A stretch of 59,017 nucleotides of DNA, counting the filler, from Sphacelaria rigidula (taxonomy: Eukaryota), in the NCBI GenBank assembly GCA_964200075.2. It is 6 parts of 6 records of this genome, joined end to end, with 100 filler letters (N's around TTAATTAATTAA, not from the genome) between each part and the next. Parts side by side here need not be neighbours in the genome. Positions count along the whole stretch, not along the records: positions 1 to 9,754 come from CAXNAA020007835.1; positions 9,855 to 19,607 come from CAXNAA020007836.1; 4 more parts are not named here. One strand, 5' to 3'. Positions 1-13,836 of this stretch are shown in pieces. The first letter of the stretch is position 1, and each line of letters starts with the position of its first letter. A program made the translations under genes and the position numbers. The notes under the pieces were generated by a model. It was not told the origin of the DNA, did not search any database, and saw only the letters and a program-made list of their open reading frames with translations.

Positions 1-80
1 CCGTCTCGAAAGGGATGCTGGGTCAATGTCCAACCGACTACGGCAAGCAACAAATGAGCACGCCCCCCCCCCCCTCCCCC
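1..80 (+). repeat. High-copy repeat of about 70 bp (TCTCGAAAGGGATGCGTGGTCAATGGTCAAACGACTAAGGCAAGCAACAAATGAGTACGC + poly-C)
   Basis: Copies lie at 1-80, 9855-9925(-), 19708-19760, 43375-43445(-), 55947-56015, 57200-57280, 57880-57935(-) and 58955-59017(-). Confidence 0.85.
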
Positions 81-619
81 GTCCCTTTTAGTAGTCTTTC
101 AAACGCCTCCGTGAGAAACGCTGGGTGACGGCAAGTATCCTGATTTCGCCAGGAGCGACGAACGCGTCAGGGCAGTTGTTGATATGAGTCAGTTTGGAGA
201 GCCGTGCTGGCGCGACGGCGGGAGGGTGGTGGGAGGGGGATCGGATCCGGGAACAGATTCTGCAAGGCGCGATTGTTGTGACGGCGGACCAGATGGACCC
301 ACTCGTCGCAGGTCGAAGTTTCTAGCCGAGATCTGGACTGGAGACTCAGATTCCGAGTGCAGCGAGTCGGAGAGAGAGGACTCGACTTCAGAAGTGGGCA
401 ACAGCCATCATGATAATTTCGCGTTTTGGTGGAGTCTCTTGAAATTGGGAGAATGCGTTCTGTAGATACTTAGCCAGGGGGCACTGAAAAACAAATCAGG
501 ACACGTAGGCCCCAAGATCGAAGATACGAGTTGTTGAGGGGGGGGGGATACCCAGCCGCGTGTCCCCTGTTTTTTTGCCGAAGCATTGGTGGATGCGGTC
601 AGCTGCCGTAGACAGCAGA

Positions 620-917
620 TATCCTTATATATATTATATCATATAACATATTTTATACAATATATTTCATACCCTGTATATAATATCATCTGTCTATATT
701 ATAGGTCTATATTTTACATATGAAAATTCCCCTTAATATCTACTATATCATATATTACGTACAATATACTTATATAATATTATATAGTATATATATGAAT
801 ATCTATCAGGGGGCAGTATATACTGTATTATATTATTATTTATTGTTATTATTTATGCTATGTAATATATATCATCCCTATATGATATATTATGTAAATA
901 TATATATAAATATCTAA
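620..917. repeat. AT-rich low-complexity (TA-like) tract
   Basis: Degenerate (TA)n run in a background of much higher GC content. Confidence 0.8.
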
Positions 918-2898
918 AGGAGCAGAAGCAAACATACACCCCGCAACGCCCACCAAACTTCAACTTTTCGGATTTTGTCAATGTTCATTGATCAATTTCT
1001 TGCAACCAAGTTATCAGAAAATATAAACAAAATCAGGATAATTTTATTTGTCGAAAAAATGCCCTCCGGTGTCTGAGGTCATCGGGACAGAACGGGCAAG
1101 GAGCAGAGGCAGATAAATACACGAACCCCACGAAGCCCACCAGACTTTTCGGTTTTTGTCAGCGTTTATTGATCAATTTCTTGTAACAAAATCAACAGCA
1201 AAAATCAAAGCAGTGTTTATGGATCAATTCCTTGCGACAAACTTGACAAAACAATTCGAAAAAATTATGACAATTTTCGAAAAAAATGCCCTCCGGGAGG
1301 GGGGGTGAGGGAGGCCCTCCGTGTCCGAGCATTTTCGCTCGACAGACCCTTGTGCAACCCCCGAAAATAGTTTCAAGTAGGTCGGGGGGCATGAGGTCGT
1401 CCACATGGAATTCATTAGTTATGACTTTAGGTCAAGGAACCACTGTTTTCGAGTTGAACCTCATCCAATGTTGGACCTCAAAAACGGATCCAGGCTGTTA
1501 GAGAACCATTGATTGGTGATTCAAAAACAACACTAAACACTGCTCACACCATTGCACACCGTCCAAGTTTGTTCATGAAACACACGAACAAACCACGTGC
1601 GGCTCGTGCGCATTGTTTCGACAGCGTGTTGCTGAGCAACTGACGCCGCAAAGGCTGATAAACAGGTGTCTCGTTTGAGAAAAAAATCAGGAGCTGCTGA
1701 GGGGGTGGGGGGATAGTGTGGCTGCAGGGATGTTTTTTTCACCCGCCCTTGCCCACGCTCACTTTGCCTGCACAAACTTAGCATAATATTTGTTCAAAAT
1801 ATTGCATGTCCCGGCACGTCGGGTGTTTTCGTAACGATTTGGTGGTAGGTACTATGCCGATGTTGTTTTGCTTGGTATGCCTTGCACACGTGCGAGGTTT
1901 TGCGCCGCGGCTGTGACACCGCCACAGTTTGACAACACACTTGAGCACCACCCTCGTCCTTCATGATGTGCGACGTGGGACACCACCCTGCTTATGGTCA
2001 GCTATGAGGAATGTGCAACGAAATATATCAATGAAATTCTCCCGCCGCGACGTCCTTGTGCTCAATGTTGCACCTTCGCCGGGGATGCACGGCAGCAATC
2101 CCGAGCAATCTTACGCACTGTCGAATTGACTAACAACAGATGAACAGACCAGCACGTTTAGTCTTCACATCAGGCGGATGTTCAGCCCCGCGGCTGGACA
2201 ATTAATCTCAAGACTGCCAAACCTCGTTAGTTTTGGGCTGCAAAGAGAGTGAAAGACTCGTCAGTTTTGAGCTTCTCGCAAATAGGCGATTCGCGGGCGG
2301 TGGAAGCATTGCTCAATTGTGCATACTTTCGTATATACTGATAAATAAACGGGAAAAATACGAGCTAGGCCAGCCAACAGTGTGTAGTTTTTTCGCTCAG
2401 GCGACGCACAGCTTAAAATTAAGAGTTGGACGCTGACATTTTGACAGCAACAGCTCAATATTACGATCTACACGCAGAATATGGCGAGAGCAGCAAAGAA
2501 GAAAAAAAAAGGTTATGGGATTTGAAATTTTCAGCAACAACAAGATGACGTCATAAAGGCCGGATGTTATGGCAAACAGATTTTCCCCCCACGGATTGTT
2601 CACTTTTGGGACGTTTGATCCGCTTTTTGACCCTCACGCAAAAAAACCCGCAGCACACGTCTCGGACACTTTGCATCACCCGACAGAGAGAAGCCTAATC
2701 TTTGTTTCAGATTTTCTTGGCTCCGAGGTTTCGAGATTGGCCGCTGAACAAAAATACATGCGCAAAAATCTGTGCTTGCCGACCCCCGCCAGTGTGGCAA
2801 AGCGAATCTGAAACGAAGACTAGGCTCCTCTCAGTGGGGTGATGCAAAGTGTCCGAGACGTGTGTTGACGGTTTTCTGAGCTTAAGGGCCGAAAGGTG

Positions 2899-5800
2899 TG
2901 TCATGGTTCGATACTCACCGCCTAGCTGGGAATGGTGCCAGTTCAGTGGGCACCTGGGCTAGCGGGCTCAAACAAAACCATGAATATGGAATCCATTGAG
3001 CTCGACGTTACCGAGTGCAGAGTCAGTCATCTTCGCAGCGTCGGGCTGCATACCCGATGAGCCGCTCGGACGCCAGAACAACAAATCTTGCATGAAAAAC
3101 AGGCTTACATTGTGAAAAGACCAGAGATCCCTCTGATACCGCAGTCCGTGATGGCGTAGATGCTCTTGTATTATTGGCGTACAGGCTAACTTGTGTTTTG
3201 CTAGTTGAGATGCATATTCCAAAACGCTGTAACACATGGGGGCAGCCAGCTCAATTTAATAACACAATGTAGTATGACCCATCAGGTAACAAGCATGACA
3301 AAGTATGACACATGGAACCTAGTCGACTGGAAAATGACCAATAAATCTGTGACATCCCCCTAGCCATATTTATATGGCTTCAAACCAAAATTTATTGAAG
3401 GGCTGGAAGGGCCAGAACAAAAACAAAACCTATGCATCATACGCCTTGAAGTAAAACGAGAAAATCCTGCTGAATCACAGTACAGGGGAAAACTCGTTGC
3501 AGATCTAATGAATAGGTAAACCCTGAAAAGCAGGGGGAAAATCCATCCGTTAGGAAAGGAAAAAAACTATAACGCCCTTTCCAACGACAGAAGCAGCAGA
3601 CAAGTACGGTCGCTGTCGTTTTCCCGGGATCTCAGTTAGACTGGAAAACGATCGGCCAGTCAGCTTGATCGCGCGTCGACACCCCGGATCAGTTACACTG
3701 GATTCTGGGGTAGTGTGGGGCTTGAACCTCGCTAAAAACAACCTTTCCACAAAGTGATCAATAGTTACAGGAGTGCAGCTTTTAAGGGGTGGTCTTCTGT
3801 AACTACTGACGCGTATTCTACTGGAACTAGAGCCTACGGGCCTTGGCTCACATATGTACCCGTATGTTACCAAATGGGGAGCAACATCTAACAAAGCGAC
3901 AAAAAAGAAAAAGACAGGAACACTCGAAATTCATTATTGAAACGTACGGTACCAACGATATAGAGCTACTTATTCACTTATTTCATCACCGCATTCCTTT
4001 CGCGATGATATCATATACCACATCACACAACAGCTACTCGTAAACATCGATGGCTGCAGTCTATCCTTGGCTCCTCCGATCCAGCTTGGGGCGCTTGAGT
4101 TCCCGGCGAGATAGCTCTTTCCAGTCTCCATTTTCGTATCGTACTCACCGAAGCGATTCCCATAACCATACACTTGGCACTTCAGCTAGGCACTGCTCTA
4201 GCCTTTCCAGGGGGTAGCATCTATGAGCAAAAGCTTCAAAGTATCACTCGTGTGGGAGTGGGGGGCTCTGAATGCGATGGCGGGGTCGAAGAACTGTGAG
4301 GTGATACAGGTGCAAAAGGCTCATGACGCAGTATGGAGCAATGGGTTGTGGGAAAATATATAAGGAACTGTGATCAGAGGAAAGGTGTGGACGATGAGGA
4401 CTACAGAACTATGCCAAGAGTGTGATGATGCTATGCAGGAAAATATCGATATATTTTGATATTTTGCAAGGGGTCGCACCATGATGTACGTTATCACCCT
4501 CTCTACTCGAGGTATTCTTTGATGACCTGATACTAGCATTAGACATGGCAAAGCAAGGGGTGAAGTTGCTGAAGAAATTGGAAACAGTGCAGCTGGTAGC
4601 AGCTAACAGAATACTTTGATGCGGAAACGGTACAAATGGCAGCAGGTAAAATAATACTTGGATGTGCAATAAAGTCAGTGGAGAAGTTGGGAACAGTACA
4701 GATTGCAACAACTCAGAGAATACTTGGATGCAGTGAAGTTGGTGAAGGAGTTGGGAACAATGCAGATTACAGCAGCTAAGGAAATTACTTGGATGCTCGA
4801 AAAAAATGAGTACGCCCCTCCCCTCCTTTGAAATCTTTCCCTTTTCCCCACCCGTCAGTGCCTGAAACAACGTAGAGTTCTCGACAATCCAACATAGTGA
4901 CAGATATAGGCAATGCAATCCAACACGGGGAGAGATTCAGGGGTCAGGTGGAATGTGGGTGTTGCGGTCCAGTTTGGTCCCGCCCAAGGTGGGACGCAAA
5001 CACTTTGGGTATGGAGTGTTTCGGACGGGATGGGCGGATATGGAAGGAACTTCTTGCTTTTGAGACAGCGGTGGTACGTGTGCAATGTTTACGGACAGTC
5101 CAGAGTTCGAAGGGAAATGTGTCAGACGGTAGCATGGCGTCGGGTCGTCGGGTAGGGTGCGATTGCGCAAGAGTGTGAAACATACTTTCTCTAGGGCCAA
5201 GGTTTGTACAATTCTGTAACCTTTTCAGCAGCCGTCCCCCTAGGTTCTCGAATCCTGTAAAACTGTAGACATAATCATGGAGAAAATAACATAGACAAGG
5301 CATGTTGAATAAAAATATAATAATGAGATACGTTGTATTACATATACGGAGACAAACTCGTGCTTCGCCCCCCCCCAAGGGGGTTCAGCGACCACATCAG
5401 CGGAATCAGTGTCTGAAAACTATATGTAGGGTCTGTAAGAACTGCCAAAGACAAGGTATGGGGTCGCGCAGTCAACTTGCATGGTACGCTGGGCATGAAG
5501 GGCAAAAAGGTAAAGCAGGGAAACTACCTAAGTCTGCGTACTGCATAAGTAAGAACAAGACATTGCACGGAAGGATTTGTGATTGCATAGTATCGAAAAC
5601 CAAGTTTAAAGCAACTGAAAAAAGTAGTATCCAACTACGGTACCAGGAAGGGACAAGGTAGTATCCAACTACGGTACAGGGTGCGTCACGAAGTCAACCT
5701 GGTGAATAACAAACCATAAATCGATTACCAGTGTGGGATAAACTAGGGTTCATGTTCAATGACACCAAGGTAATAACCCTGCTACCAGAATGCTGTAAAA

Positions 5801-6994
5801 AGGAACACGGGAGTAGCTAAACCGAACCAAAATGCTGACACTCCACGCCGGAACATACCGTCATGAGCAAACCGTTCAGTGTTTCCTGCGTGTCTTCCCC
5901 GAAGCATTCACGTTCAACGCCGGTTCCCTCATCGGGATGCGACACACCCCAGACAAGAGTGTAGGTGAAACAAGGGCGGGAGTAGTAGAGGGCACGGTTA
6001 GTATGCGTTGAAAGTCTTGGAGTCCGTGAAAATATGGCTCGAGTCTATAGCACGTGACGCAGATCGAAATGTCGTGTGCCGGGCGGTAAATTCGGCGTTT
6101 CGGCCTTGCGAACCAGATAGATGAAACGATTACAAGCGGAATCTTGCTCAAGCATGATGAGTACAGGCAGCGCAACAGACAGGGCCCTGCAGATAGCCTA
6201 CATCCGCACGATAAAAAAAAAACAGCACGATCGCCAAACACGATACAAAATTACCAAAACATGAAATGAAAAATCGTGCAGCTCCACAGAGCAAGATGAC
6301 GGCGGCGCAAAATTATAAAACACGTAATGCAATCGGGTGGCTCATAAAGAAAGTTGCGGTAGACATGACACCCGGAGATACAGAAAATATTAGAATGCAT
6401 GATGAAAGAAAATTTATCAAGACCGAAAAAAATGGAAGCTTTACCGCACGTGCATTTCAACAATCCCCATGACCACAAAAAAAACGCAAAATACATACAT
6501 ATCATGGTGGGTTGATTGTCCCAATTCAATATACAACAAAAATACCAAAATAGTATGGAGAATGCCTGGAACACGATCATTGCTGGTTAGGTACAGCGGT
6601 GATATCATGGGTGAACAGGTATAGGTCAGGCGAAGGTGATATAATGCAGGCGACAATGATGACAAAACAAAAACGGTGCGATCAGATCGGAGCAAGGTTC
6701 AAAAAGAACATGAGGGCGGAAAGTACGCGTGCACATGACAACATGCGATGCGATAGCAAGCGAGAAACGTACAGCCGACAGTAGGCGGTAGAGGCAAAAA
6801 CGACACAACAAGCGGGGCAACAACAGCAAACCAGGGTAGCAGAAAGCATGGTGGAAACAGCAGCAGCAGCAGCAACAGCAACGATGACAGCACAGCAGCA
6901 GCACAACAACAGGAGCAGCAGCAACAGACAACCACGACGACGACAACAACAACAACATCAACAGTAAAAATAGACAACAACGACAACAACAACG

Positions 6995-7061
<67 letters not shown>

Positions 7062-8380
7062 AAGCAACACACAGCGACGGCGCGGCAGCGGCGAAAAACA
7101 GCACAGAAAAATGGCACAGCCGTGCGGCGAGCAGCAGCAACACACAGCGGCGGCATGGCAGCGACGAACAACAGCACAGAACGACAGCGAAAACCACAAC
7201 AACAGACAACAACAACGCGGCTGCACAGCTTCCGCAGCTGTCTGGAGCCTGATGTCCGAAAACGACCCGAAGTATTTGTAGACCCTCTGGTTCGTTGAAC
7301 TTGTGCAATTCTCCTTCAACCGTATTGCATTTTATAGAATTGTTTTGGCTAGGTCACTTCACTTTTGCTTTGGACGTCAGCAGTGTCTGTTGGGCTCGTT
7401 CAAGATGGGAAGTTGTAGCGCGTGCTGATGAACCACCACAGATGAGCTCGTGCATAAGGCCGTTCGTGGCGCTCTGCTTGGGTATGACTGCAAGATAGTG
7501 CAACGCGGGCGAGAAAAAGGAGCAACGCGGGGGTACGGAGCATAGGGCCCCCACGGGGCAAAACAAACTACATAGCCCGCTCTCAACTATTTATGCTCAA
7601 CGTGCGTATGGTAGTTAGACAGAACAAAAAAGGGCGAAGAGCCGACGCGGCATACCATCATAGTACAATGTACATGCTCTCCAACCATGTCAGAGACACC
7701 CAGTCGTGAACTTCAAAGGCACCGCCTACTTTGTACTGTACTAGATGATCTTGCAGCTGTGATATACGGTGGAAATGACAGCTTGTGAACCGGTACACTA
7801 TTTACTCTATATAATAGTAACATTATACCGGATGCGACTTACACGCCAGAAAAACCTCCCCTCCAAACGTTTGTGTTCGGAGCATGCCGGGGTTGACTCT
7901 ACACAAGCACGGCATTGGACACGATGTCATGGTTCGATACTCACCGCCTAGCTGGGAATGGTGCCAGTTCAGTGGGCACCTGGGCTAGCGGGCTCAAACA
8001 AAACCATGAATATGGAATCCATTGAGCTCGACGTTACCGAGTGCAGAGTCAGTCATCTTCGCAGCGTCGGGCTGCATACCCGATGAGCCGCTCGGACGCC
8101 AGAACAACAAATCTTGCATGAAAAACAGGCTTACATTGTGAAAAGACCAGAGATCCCTCTGATACCGCAGTCCGTGATGGCGTAGATGCTCTTGTATTAT
8201 TGGCGTACAGGCTAACTTGTGTTTTGCTAGTTGAGATGCATATTCCAAAACGCTATAACACATGGGGGCAGCCAGCTCAATCTAATAACACAATGTAGTA
8301 TGACCCATCAGGTAACAAGCATGACAAAGTATGACACATGGAACCTAGTCGACTGGAAAATGACCAATAAATCTGTAACA
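2899..8380 (-). mobile_element. Non-autonomous LTR retroelement (LARD-like) with 456-bp LTRs at 2899-3354 and 7925-8380
   Basis: The direct repeats are near-identical and bounded by TG...CA. A 4-bp TSD, GGTG, lies at 2895-2898 and 8381-8384. A purine tract on the minus strand (GGCTAGGGGGA, 3355-3365) abuts the left LTR. No gag/pol ORF is recognisable inside. Confidence 0.88.
6975..7061 (+). repeat. (CAA)n microsatellite within a CAG/CAA-rich low-complexity tract
   Basis: Direct read of the sequence. Confidence 0.95.
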
Positions 8381-9754
8381 GGTGGGTCAAACGTCCCAAA
8401 TGTGAACAATCCATGGGGCAAAAAACTGCTTGCCATAACATCCGGCTTAAGTTCAGGAGAAAAACGAGAGGCTGCAGCTACTCCCGTGATGTATAATTTC
8501 CTTGGGTGCACAAGGTGGAAGTTCACGTCAAGAGTCGTCGAATTGGGCCGTGCGTGCAACGTTTTGCGTGACGCTGCTGCACCCGTATCATTCAAATAAT
8601 AAGGGACTCCAATTATGAAGGTAATGACTTCGAATCCCGACAGGTTCTTTTTTTTCTCGTCCGCCGTTAAGGTCATATGTTATGCAGATTTGTTTTTCTT
8701 CATTCAGCGGCGGTGCCGTGTGTTACCAGGTTGGTCTGCTCTTCACAGTGATACGCTTACATCGGGTTCATCCGGGAAACTGGGAAAGCTGTAGTGTGGA
8801 CAACGTTTGGCCACTTTTAAGATGGCCCAGCTCGTAATGTTTCCTAAAAAATCAGCGGATCCTCAAAAATGGGGTCTATTTCATAAATGAGGTTTGTAAC
8901 GGTAAGCACTAGCAAAACAAGCCGCACGCCAATGGTGGGATACGGCAAGCTGATCCTGTGTTCGGCTCGTTAACTCAAGGCATTAAGATCCTCTCACACA
9001 CGGCACGCAGCTGCAGCTAAGCACCGAGCTCTTTCGGAAAAGGGAAAACCCAGAAGACACAAAGGGATTATGATATACGTAACTCACTTCTTGAGAACAT
9101 CTTGCCGGCCAGAGGGTCAGACGTCGCGCAGAGCAGACGAAAAGCTGATGGTCCTTCTTGTGATCAGTTCTACGATACGCCTTTCTTTGACAAGTGGGTT
9201 GCAAGTGAACTCGTGGGCGATGGTGGGCGCTGCTTGCCCCTACCCTCAAAACCTCCTAGCTACGCATACAATGGCCATAATACCAACTCGTTGTGGCGCG
9301 TGCCTTTTATCCACCTATTTTGGCAGGCGCGTGCCCCATATGACCAATCCGACACAATCAATCCGACTACAGCCTGCAGGCGCAACAACGCCGATTGGGC
9401 TGTATTGATCCAGTTTCTACGTTACACAAGCACACATTCGACTATAATCTTTTCATACCCGCCGGTCGCTTCTGGGGACCATCTGCAAATCCCCAAGAAC
9501 TAGTTTCATTCAAGCACTCAGGCATTTACCATCACATTAGCCCACCCTGGATCGTTCAAGTGCAGTTCCTTTTTAGAAGGGATGCACTTGCATCGAGCCA
9601 CACCTCTCCCACACCACAGAAAACTGAGACTCATGTTGAAGATCGAGTCTTCGTTGGTATAATAGTCAGCATCAGAAGTTTTCAGAATTCGTTGCTGTCC
9701 TTTTTCCTGAGTTTTTCTGTAGTACCATTCTTCACTACTATTTGCAAGTGCTAG

Positions 9755-9854
9755 NNNNNNNNNNNNNNNNNNNNNNNNNNNNNNNNNNNNNNNNNNNNTT
9801 AATTAATTAANNNNNNNNNNNNNNNNNNNNNNNNNNNNNNNNNNNNNNNNNNNN
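9755..9854. other. Artificial contig linker (N44-TTAATTAATTAA-N44); also at 19608-19707, 29461-29560, 39314-39413 and 49166-49265
   Basis: Identical 100-bp spacers carry stop codons in all six frames and separate contigs of descending length. Confidence 0.97.
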
Positions 9855-12800
9855 GGGGGGCGTACCCATTTGTTGCTTGCCTTAGTCGTTTGACCATTGA
9901 CCACGCATCCCTTTCGAGACGGAGCACGGTTTCTACTCCTAATAGAGACACCTCCAACATTGGGCGCTCATAATTTGCTTCCTCCGTACCTTACACAGAA
10001 ACCTTTTAAATATCTTCTACCCGTCCTGTTTCGCCGTCTGTGGCCACCATCTGTATCCTAGTATAGCCATAATTTACTCGCTACTGTCTAATGTATCAAA
10101 CGATTCTATGCCACCTTCGTTTACTATTCCCCATTTTACCCTCTAGTACGTTCTGTTCTTCCTTGTATATAGGTAACATTTTGTCACTATATGAGCTCTA
10201 CTCCCTACTGCTTTGCCACAGGGGCAATTATGTGCATGTGCTTCCTCCTCCACTCGACTATAAATGCTGGTGTATATTTTTCTTCTTTCCGGCAGGTCCA
10301 GGCCGGCAGGAGGGGGGGGGGGGGGGGGGAAGAAGGGGCCTTTTGACCTGATTTCAAGCCCCCCCAAATATTTTCGCTCCCTTCGAAAACGTCCGTTCCC
10401 ATGGAAAACGTTCGTTCCTATTCGTCAGGATTCCCTGTTACCCATATGCTTTATAGAAATACTTCGACTCCTTGTGCGTTCAGACTGTCAGTCAATATAC
10501 ACGAGTCATCAATGGGGAGGTGAAAGGCATGGCATATATCATCCCGTTGACTGCTATGGTGTGGTGGGTCATGTGGGCGTTCGATTGAGTTTCGAGCGAA
10601 AACGGTGTGCCGGTTCAACACATGGGTCCACACTGGGGGTCAGGAGTTATATTATTTTGTTCATGTCTAGCGTGCAGTGTTCATTACGCAATTATTCAGC
10701 TACCTCCCATGTATCACAGTTAGTTGTTATGCTATCGGCCGGTTATTATTTCAAGTTTTGAATTTTAACCTGTCTATGCTGTCCTTTCTGCCAGCGGCGC
10801 GTAGGAGTTCAGAGTTTTTTTTGTGTGCAGTACAATAATAGTCGTAGGAGGCTTCCTCATGTGAACTGAACACATGATATTATTATAGTCACGCATTGAC
10901 AACTCTTCGCCCGATGCTCGATGTTGTGTATACGACTAGTAAGTGGTTACGGAACACCTGCATTCGGGTCCTCAACATTGCTCAACGACCGATCCGACAC
11001 ATATACACATACAGTATGTACACCTAGTGTACTTACGTCGTCTTTCACACGGGCGCGGCATGTACACACGTACCCAGCCGCTGGGTTACTACGACGTGTA
11101 GCTCCCGTACGGCCGGTAGTACCGGATCGCGGAAGCGTGATGATGGGTGGTGCTCACTGGCAAGATATGGCTATCAAACAAGAAAATAAAGATACGACTG
11201 CGACGTAAAAGGTGACAACAGATGTATGTAAAAATGTATGCTTCAGACATATGCATACCATCAAAACTACGCAACAACAGTGCAATGTATACTGTAGAAC
11301 GAAGGCCCCAGCAATCTTTGTGCACTTGTACAACAAGTATTCGCAGACGGAGCTCGCAAATCAGACAAAAAAGTGGTGGGTTACTCCTACAAACATAATC
11401 ATTGGATGAGTACAAATAATGCTATATACACGCATACTGTAGAACATATGTATAGCAGGCTCATTGCTACTCTACAAAGGTTTATGATGTTGTGGTTGTA
11501 GTATAGTAATAATAATGATGAACAGTTTTTATACTACTGTAGTACGCGTGCTATATTATATCCTTCATTCTGAAACGTTCATCATGTTTGTGGCCACGGC
11601 TGGATCCGTGGGGGATCGCGGCAGTTAACCTGCGACAACCAAAATCAAAAGCAAACTCAATCACAAACACCTTGTTTTTTCCTCTACGCGCTATAGGTAG
11701 GGCGCACGTTGGAATATAAAGGCGTGCGGTAGCTGTCCCCGCCCCCGCTGCAAATAAAACGTTCAACTGCTACTACTACTAATTATGTACTACTTACTAC
11801 TAATATGACTACTATTACTGTTGTTGTAATAATGCAGGAGCGCACTCGCGTCGCCCAATGGCTGAAAAATCATCATCGATCATTACGAACCGATGGATGT
11901 ATCATATATATTATCATTTTGTTACTACTCATTTTACGCTGCCAAACAAGCAGCAGCGGTGGCGGCAGCAATAAGAGTTACTATAATACTGTCTGCAATA
12001 CCAGCCGTAGCAGTGCGCTCAATCCTGCATTTTCCCCGTTGTATGGCACAGTGGAAAGAAACGTTCATTATTCTTGCTTCTGCCGTTTGTTGTCCGAGAT
12101 GCTTGTTACGCCTGACCCGCCAATCAAGACTTTACTTACTTGCATTCTAAACAATGGCGGGGGGGGGGGGGGGGGGGGGGGGGGTTCACCGGTTCGACAG
12201 GGGTGGTGGTTCGCTGATTTGGCCCCCGTCGGTCACCGTAACGGTGATGACTTGTCTGTGTGTAATAGGGAGTATAGTAGCAGTAGTAATATGGTAGTTT
12301 TATTATTATAGTATAACTGTACGCGGTGATTGTTCGGTAGTATTATGATTGATCGGTAACTTCCCATGTATAAAGAAACGGTTCCTTCCGCTCATCATCT
12401 TTTTTCGCTCTTCCCCTTGCATTTTTTTTCAAGCGGAATAAATCGGTCAAGTCCTCCTCCTCATGTACTACATCTAACTGTACTGTAGTCCAATAACCCC
12501 CGTCATGTATTCAATGCCCATCATTCAAAAAATCAACGCGCGGGTTATTTTGTTCGGTAATGCCCCTCAAAATTTCAAACATAAGTGATCAGTTCATACA
12601 GAAGATAGTAACAACAGCAACAGTGCTACACTTTCGTGTGGCGTATCCTTTGAAACGTGGGTCTTTTTTACAGTAGTAGTAAGAGTTCTCCAATTTCCGA
12701 TCGATTTCAAATTCAAATTCATTTCCAAAGCAATACATACACGTGAAACATATTTACCGACAGATGAATATACACATTTCAGCCAACTAACAAAGTTACA

Positions 12801-13598
12801 GTGAGTTATTAATTCGAACTCAGATAATCATTATATGTAATGGGTCGCGAGATTCTTTCGCACAAGAAAACGGGAAAAACAGCAACAGCCGCAGCACGGC
12901 AACGCAGCAAGTTGAAGGAAGGAATGAACCAAGGGAACTTGTTCAGCCGACCTGCATGCTGGTAAGAGCAGCGACTATCAACTTGAGCGAACATGACAAG
13001 AAAAGTACAAGGCAACTGAAGAAGATGCGATGATGAGTAGAAACAAAAAAAACATTATTGGACACATACACCCTGATCAACTGAATGAACTGGAGTGAAC
13101 AAGTAAATACCTTTACAACGCAGTAGCAGTAGTACTTGGTTGTTTTTTGCAGAATTGCCGGATGGAACTACAGTAAATCGCAACTCATCACATGGTTGGT
13201 GGTTGTTAAGGTTTTTTTTGCATTCCTTCTTTTTTGAAAATCTCCTGTCGAGTCTTGTCAGCGAGGTCTGTACCCCCCGCGCTTTTCACGTCAAATATAT
13301 TCTACAGGGGTCGAACCAAATTTCATTCTATCACCGAAGCTAACAGGTTTATTTAGGCGTACCTTCAGCATATTCTTCCTACCCCTTACAACATACAAAA
13401 AGGTCTGCACGAAGACTGCCTGTGGGTGCGCTGTTGGCCGCCCCTCTAAATACTATAAAAACGGTCGAGAAGGACGGGCTGCACCACATCTCGACACAGT
13501 CCGCTGCGCAGCGCGCACCACAGCTGCCGGCAGCCATCGCCGCGCCCCCCCTGTGCACCGCGCCCCCCCGCCCCAGTATTCTGTGTGCGCACACCACG

Positions 13599-13803
13599 AT
13601 GACGCCGCAGCAGTCAGGAAACGTTCGCACGAATAGCACCACCACCGTGGTCAAGCACGAGCGCAGACTTCTTCCGCAACAGCATCAGCACCATCATCAA
13701 CACCATCAGCGGAGCGACATGCACCAACATCGTCATGTTCCGAACAATTCCGCGGCAGTTACTGCAGGTGGCAGAGACAACAGTAATATGCACGCATACA
13801 ATT

Positions 13804-13836
<33 letters not shown>

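Larger units (their letters stand above)
2557..8448. mobile_element. Foldback/MITE-like element with long TIRs, split by the LTR element
   Basis: The left arm (about 2557-2713) is the reverse complement of about 2806-2898 joined to 8385-8448, for example GGCCGGATGTTATGGCAA...TTGCCATAACATCCGGC. Confidence 0.75.

Noticed and set aside
2968-3237. Identical 89-aa ORF duplicated at 7994-8263
   Set aside because: It lies within the two LTRs and shows no protein-like features.
6626-7319. Long poly-Cys, poly-Leu and poly-Val ORFs
   Set aside because: They are translations of the (CAA)n microsatellite.
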